Shown here: one piece after another, positions 27,024 to 31,814 of the stretch
Position numbering within the stretch: the first letter of the stretch is position 1
Layout: every line of letters begins with the position of its first letter
Origin: a virus
DNA: 31,814 bases
Virus genome (UHGV): UHGV-0219172
Direction: 5' to 3' (one strand)
Position numbers and translations under genes: made by a program
The notes under the pieces: model-generated
Seen by the model: the letters and a program-made list of their open reading frames with translations, nothing else
Databases searched by the model: none
Told to the model about the DNA's origin: nothing

Positions 27024-27175
27024 CGTTTCCTAAAAATCTGTCGGTCGATGACCTGATGGCGGATGTGGCAGTGATATTTCACTGGCCGCCATCAGAACTG
27101 TATCCCATGAGTCTGACCGAACTCATCACATGGCGCGAAAAGGCGCTCCGGCGAAGCGGAAACACGAATGAGTAA
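26748..27175 (+). CDS. E': tail assembly chaperone E+E' (-1 programmed ribosomal frameshift product)
   Basis: Slippery T TTT TTG at 26996-27002. The -1 frame stays open to a TAA at 27173-27175 and encodes ...FPKNLSVDDLMADVAVIFHWPPSELYPMSLTELITWREKALRRSGNTNE, overlapping the T start. Confidence 0.75.
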
Positions 27176-29615
27176 CAATGTAAAATTACAGGTATTGCTC
27201 AGGGCTGTTGACCAGGCATCCCGCCCGTTTAAATCCATCCGCACAGCGAGCAAATCGCTGTCGGGGGATATCCGGGAAACACAAAAATCACTGCGCGAGC
27301 TGAACGGTCAGGCATCCCGTATTGAGGGATTTCGCAAGACCAGTGCACAGCTCGCCGTGACTGGTCAGGAACTGAAAAAAGCCAGACAGGAAGCCGCAGC
27401 TCTGGCTGTCCAGTTTAAAAATACTGAACGACCGACAAATGCACAGGCAAAGGCAATGGAAGCCGCGCGTAAAAATGCGTCTGAGTTACAGGCGAAATAT
27501 AACAGCCTGAGATTGTCGGTACAGCGCCAGCGTCAGGAATTGAGTCAGGCGGGTATTAATACCCGTAATCTGGCGCATGATGAACGAGGGCTGAAAAACC
27601 GTATCAGTGAAACCACCGCACAGCTTAACCGTCAGCGCGACGCGCTGGCGCGTGTCAGTGCGCAACAGGCAAAACTTAATGCAGTAAAACAGCGTTATCA
27701 GGCCGGAAAGGAACTGGCTGGAAATATGGCCTCGGTAGGCGCTGCCGGTGTGGGGATTGCGGCGGCGGGAACGATGGCCGGAGTTAAGCTGCTGATGCCC
27801 GGTTATGAGTTTGCGCAGAAAAACTCAGAATTGCAGGCCGTGCTGGGTGTGGCAAAAGACTCCGCCGAAATGACCGCACTCCGCAAGCAGGCGCGCCAGC
27901 TCGGCGACAATACCGCAGCCTCGGCGGATGATGCAGCCGGTGCACAGATTATCATTGCGAAAGCCGGCGGGGATGCTGCGGCTATTCAGGCGGCAACGCC
28001 GGTAACGCTGAATATGGCACTGGCGAATCAGCGGTCGATGGAAGAAAACGCGCAACTGTTGCTGGGGACTAAGGTATCCTTTCAACTGTCAAATGATGAT
28101 GTCAGCCATGTGGGCGACGTGTTGTCGGCAAAGATGAATAAGTCGGCGGCTGATTTTCAGGGACTCAGTGATGCACTGACTTACCTCGGTCCGGTTGCGA
28201 GGACGGCAGGTGTAAGTCTTGAACAGGCTGCAGCCATGACAGGTGTGCTGCATGACAATAACATCAGGGGGTCAATGGCGGGTACGGGTAGTAGTGCCGT
28301 TGTCACCCGATTACAGGCTCCGACAGGGAAAGCATGGGAAGCACTAAAAGAGCTTGGCGTTAAAACCTCGGACAAAAAGGGAAATATGCGTCCGTTGTTC
28401 ACCATTCTGAAAGAGATTCAGGTCAGCTTTGATAAACACAAGCTGGGAACGTCTCAGAAGGGGGAATACCTTAAAACCATTTTTGGTGAGGAAGCCCTGA
28501 AATCAGCGAACGTTTTACTGGCAGCGGCAGCAAGCGGAAAACTGGATAAGCTGACCGCCACGCTGAAAGCATCGGACGGTAAAACGGAAGAGCTGGTTAA
28601 AATCATGCAGGATAACCTCGGTGGTGACTTTAAGGAGTTTCAGTCCGCTTATGAGGCGGTGGGGACTGACCTGTTTGACCAGCAGGAAGGCACACTGCGT
28701 AAGCTCACTCAGACGGCCACAAAGTATGTGTTAAAACTCGACGGCTGGATCCAGAAAAACAAATCACTGGCGTCAACCATCGGCCTCATTGCCGGTGGCG
28801 CGCTGGCGCTTATTGGCATCATCGGTGCAATTGGTCTTGCAGCCTGGCCGGTTATCACCGGCATCAATGCCATCATCGCGGCAGCAGGCGCAATGGGTGC
28901 AATCTTCACGACGGTTGGTAGTGCCGTTATGACGGCCATCGGGGCGATTAGCTGGCCGGTTGTGGCCGTGGTGGCTGCAATTGTCGCCGGGGCGTTGCTT
29001 ATCCGTAAATACTGGGAGCCTGTCAGCGCATTCTTTGGCGGTGTGGTGGAAGGGCTGAAAGCGGCATTTGCGCCGGTGGGAGAACTGTTCACGCCACTGA
29101 AGCCGGTGTTTGACTGGCTGGGCGAAAAGTTACAGGCCGCGTGGCAGTGGTTTAAAAACCTGATTGCCCCGGTTAAAGCCACCCAGGACACCCTGAACCG
29201 TTGCCGTGACACGGGCGTCATGTTCGGGCAGGCACTGGCTGACGCACTGATGCTGCCGCTTAATGCGTTCAACAAACTGCGCAGTGGTATTGACTGGGTG
29301 CTGGAAAAACTCGGTGTTATCAACAAAGAGTCAGACACACTTGACCAGACCGCCGCAAGGACTAATGCCGCCACGTATGGCACCGGTGGTTATATTCCGG
29401 CGACCAGCTCTTATGCAGGCTATCAGGCTTACCAGCCGGTCACGGCACCGGCTGGCCGCTCTTATGTGGACCAGAGTAAAAACGAATATCACATCAACCT
29501 GACGGGCGGTACTGCGCAGGGGACACAGCTCGACCGCCAGTTACAGGATGCACTCGAAAAATACGAGCGGGATAAACGTGCGCGCGCCCGTGCCAGCATG
29601 ATGCATGACGGTTAA
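27168..29615 (+). CDS. T: tail tape measure protein
   Basis: 815-aa ORF with an Ala/Gln-rich coiled-coil N-terminal half and hydrophobic Gly/Ala-rich segments. Confidence 0.9.
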   Translation: MSNNVKLQVLLRAVDQASRPFKSIRTASKSLSGDIRETQKSLRELNGQASRIEGFRKTSAQLAVTGQELKKARQEAAALAVQFKNTERPTNAQAKAMEAARKNASELQAKYNSLRLSVQRQRQELSQAGINTRNLAHDERGLKNRISETTAQLNRQRDALARVSAQQAKLNAVKQRYQAGKELAGNMASVGAAGVGIAAAGTMAGVKLLMPGYEFAQKNSELQAVLGVAKDSAEMTALRKQARQLGDNTAASADDAAGAQIIIAKAGGDAAAIQAATPVTLNMALANQRSMEENAQLLLGTKVSFQLSNDDVSHVGDVLSAKMNKSAADFQGLSDALTYLGPVARTAGVSLEQAAAMTGVLHDNNIRGSMAGTGSSAVVTRLQAPTGKAWEALKELGVKTSDKKGNMRPLFTILKEIQVSFDKHKLGTSQKGEYLKTIFGEEALKSANVLLAAAASGKLDKLTATLKASDGKTEELVKIMQDNLGGDFKEFQSAYEAVGTDLFDQQEGTLRKLTQTATKYVLKLDGWIQKNKSLASTIGLIAGGALALIGIIGAIGLAAWPVITGINAIIAAAGAMGAIFTTVGSAVMTAIGAISWPVVAVVAAIVAGALLIRKYWEPVSAFFGGVVEGLKAAFAPVGELFTPLKPVFDWLGEKLQAAWQWFKNLIAPVKATQDTLNRCRDTGVMFGQALADALMLPLNAFNKLRSGIDWVLEKLGVINKESDTLDQTAARTNAATYGTGGYIPATSSYAGYQAYQPVTAPAGRSYVDQSKNEYHINLTGGTAQGTQLDRQLQDALEKYERDKRARARASMMHDG

Positions 29616-29629
29616 GGAGGTGACGAAAA

Positions 29630-30109
29630 ATGATGCTCGCGTTAGGTATGTTTGTTTTTATGCGCCAGACGCTGCCACACCAGACCATGCAGCGTGAATC
29701 AGATTATCGCTGGCCGTCAAATTCCCGTATCGGTAAACGGGATGCCTACCAGTTTCTCGGTGTGGGTGAGGAAAACATTACGCTTGCCGGTGTGCTTTAT
29801 CCCGAACTGACAGGCGGAAAGCTGACGATGACCACGCTCAGGCTGATGGCAGAGGAAGGTCGGGCGTGGCCGTTGCTGGATGGCACCGGCATGATTTACG
29901 GCATGTATGTCATCAGCAGGGTGAGTGAAACAGGGAGTATTTTCTTTTCAGACGGCACACCCCGGAAAATTGATTTTACGCTGTCGCTCACCCGCGTTGA
30001 TGAATCACTGGCCGCGCTTTATGGCGATATCGGTAAACAGGCGGAGTCGCTCATCGGTAAGGTTGGCAGTATGGCGACCAGATTCACGGGGATGACGGGG
30101 GCGGGATAA
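29630..30109 (+). CDS. U: tail protein U
   Basis: 159-aa ORF after T. Confidence 0.85.
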   Translation: MMLALGMFVFMRQTLPHQTMQRESDYRWPSNSRIGKRDAYQFLGVGEENITLAGVLYPELTGGKLTMTTLRLMAEEGRAWPLLDGTGMIYGMYVISRVSETGSIFFSDGTPRKIDFTLSLTRVDESLAALYGDIGKQAESLIGKVGSMATRFTGMTGAG

Positions 30110-31272
30110 TGCTGGATGCGCTGACATTTGATGCAGGCAGTACGCTGACGCCGGATTACATGCTGATGCTCGACAGCAGGGATATTACCGGCAATATCAG
30201 CGACCGTCTGATGAGTATGACCCTGACGGATAACAGGGGCTTTGAAGCTGACCAGCTTGATATTGAACTGAACGATGCTGACGGGCAGGTCGGGCTGCCG
30301 GTTCGTGGCGCTGTCCTGACGGTGTATATCGGCTGGAAAGGCTTTGCCCTGGTATGCAAAGGGAAATTTACCGTTGATGAGGTTGAACACCGGGGCGCGC
30401 CGGATGTGGTTACCATCCGTGCCCGGAGTGCAGATTTCCGCGGGACGCTTAATTCCCGCCGGGAAGGCTCCTGGCATGACACAACGCTCGGTGCAATTGT
30501 TGAGGCGATAGCCTCCCGTAACAGGCTGGAAGCCAGTGTCGCTCCGTCACTGGCCGGAATTAAAATCCCGCACATCGACCAGTCGCAGGAGTCTGATGCG
30601 AAATTCCTGACCCGTCTTGCAGAACGCAACGGCGGTGAGGTGTCGGTAAAAATGGGAAAACTGTTGTTTCTCAAAGCGGGGCAGGGGGTGACGGCCAGCG
30701 GTAAAAAAATCCCGCAGGTCACCATAACCCGCAGCGACGGCGACCGCCATCATTTTGCGATTGCTGACCGTGGAGCCTATACCGGCGTAACGGCAAAGTG
30801 GTTACACACCAAAGACCCGAAACCACAAAAGCAGAAGGTAAAACTGAAACGCAAAAAGAAAGAAAAACACCTGCGCGCACTGGAGCACCCGAAAGCAAAA
30901 CTGGTCACGCAGAAGAAAGCGCCAAAAGTACCGGAAGCGCGCGAAGGTGAATACATGGCCGGTGAGGCTGACAACGTTTTTGCCCTGACTACGGTATATG
31001 CCACGAAAGCACAGGCCATGCGTGCTGCTCAGGCGAAGTGGGACAAACTGCAACGGGGCGTTGCGGAGTTCTCCATCATCCTGGCTACCGGTCGTGCAGA
31101 TATTTACACGGAAACACCGGTCAGAGTGTCAGGCTTTAAGCGCGTCATAGACGAGCAGGACTGGACAATCACTAAGGTGACACATTTTCTGAATAATAGC
31201 GGCTTCACGACGTCCTTGGAGCTTGAGGTCAGGCTTTCTGATGTGGAGTACGAAACAGAAGATGATGAGTGA
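30109..31272 (+). CDS. D: tail protein D (late control gene D)
   Basis: 387-aa ORF after U and before ogr, with the characteristic Lys-rich segment (KQKVKLKRKKKEKHLR). Confidence 0.85.
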   Translation: MLDALTFDAGSTLTPDYMLMLDSRDITGNISDRLMSMTLTDNRGFEADQLDIELNDADGQVGLPVRGAVLTVYIGWKGFALVCKGKFTVDEVEHRGAPDVVTIRARSADFRGTLNSRREGSWHDTTLGAIVEAIASRNRLEASVAPSLAGIKIPHIDQSQESDAKFLTRLAERNGGEVSVKMGKLLFLKAGQGVTASGKKIPQVTITRSDGDRHHFAIADRGAYTGVTAKWLHTKDPKPQKQKVKLKRKKKEKHLRALEHPKAKLVTQKKAPKVPEAREGEYMAGEADNVFALTTVYATKAQAMRAAQAKWDKLQRGVAEFSIILATGRADIYTETPVRVSGFKRVIDEQDWTITKVTHFLNNSGFTTSLELEVRLSDVEYETEDDE

Positions 31273-31353
31273 TGTTTTTATTTTATCTGTTTGTTTTATA
31301 AGGATAAATTAACTAAAATGGCACCATCAACAAAACCGGAAGAGGTGCTCGCG

Positions 31354-31572
31354 ATGTTTCATTGTCCTTTATGCCAGCATGCCGCACATGCGCGTACAAG
31401 TCGCTATATCACTGACACGACAAAAGAGCGTTATCACCAGTGCCAGAACGTGAATTGCAGCGCCACGTTCATCACTTATGAGTCGGTACAGAGATACATC
31501 GTGAAGCCGGGAGAAGTCCACGCCGTGAGGCCGCACCCGTTGCCGTCAGGGCAGCAAATTATGTGGATGTAA
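31354..31572 (+). CDS. ogr: Ogr late-gene transcriptional activator (zinc finger)
   Basis: Starts MFHCPLCQHAAHARTSRY..., with CPLC...CQNVNC four-cysteine zinc finger, 72 aa. The track ORF extends upstream to 31291. Confidence 0.9.
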   Translation: MFHCPLCQHAAHARTSRYITDTTKERYHQCQNVNCSATFITYESVQRYIVKPGEVHAVRPHPLPSGQQIMWM

Positions 31573-31584
31573 TTACAAACAGAA

Positions 31585-31610
31585 AGCCCCTCAGTCGAGG
31601 GGCTTTTTTT
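31585..31610 (+). terminator. rho-independent terminator after ogr
   Basis: Stem AGCCCCTC / GAGGGGCT with loop AGTC, followed by a seven-T run. Confidence 0.8.
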
Positions 31611-31615
31611 GTCGA

Positions 31616-31634
31616 TGTGGTCAATGTGTGGACT
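31616..31634. promoter_or_regulatory. candidate Int arm-type sites on the ogr-side arm (TGTGGTCA and TGTGGACT, 11-bp spacing)
   Basis: Two TGTGG-containing direct repeats at 31616-31623 and 31627-31634, about 40 bp from the attR core, with the same 11-bp periodicity as the int-side sites. Confidence 0.4.
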
Positions 31635-31674
31635 TAACCAGAAATAAATCCTTTTATTTCAATTTGTTGTACGT

Positions 31675-31701
31675 AAAAAATAAGCCCGTGTAAGGGAGAT
31701 T
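31675..31701. repeat. attR core: second copy of the 27-bp att direct repeat
   Basis: Identical to 783-809. Confidence 0.85.
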
Positions 31702-31814
31702 ACACAGGCTAAGGAGGTGGTTCCTGGTACAGCTAGCATTTTATGGGTTATGTTTTTCAGCGAAACGGATGATAACCTTAATAAATGCAGCTGTATGTGA
31801 TCGGTTTCTAAGAA

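Overview
The window is almost entirely one complete P2-family (Peduovirus-like) temperate prophage of an enterobacterial host, about 30.9 kb, bounded by a perfect 27-bp att core direct repeat (783-809 and 31675-31701). Gene order is the canonical P2 layout: int, C, cox, B, orf80-83, A, cargo, cos, Q, P (minus strand), O, N, M, L, X, Y, K, lysA, lysB/lysC, R, S, cargo, V, W, J, I, H, G, cargo, FI, FII, E/E', T, U, D, ogr. Left of attL lie a small AT-rich lipoprotein gene and the last 138 bp of an IS1 element cut by the window edge. All three classical P2 cargo (moron) positions each hold one visibly AT-rich gene: a DUF4238-like protein between A and cos, an antisense 247-aa protein with two RNxxxH (HEPN-like) motifs between S and V, and a 408-aa protein with a PD-(D/E)xK nuclease-like C-terminus (possibly Shedu/DUF4263-like) between G and FI. 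These three are the best candidates for anti-phage or otherwise novel functions; the S-V gene is the one I cannot place in any family. No tRNA, rRNA or CRISPR array was seen. Every identification rests on reading the sequence and the ORF translations against recalled P2 biology; no database search or computation was run, GC statements are by eye, and coordinates of short sites may be off by a base or two.
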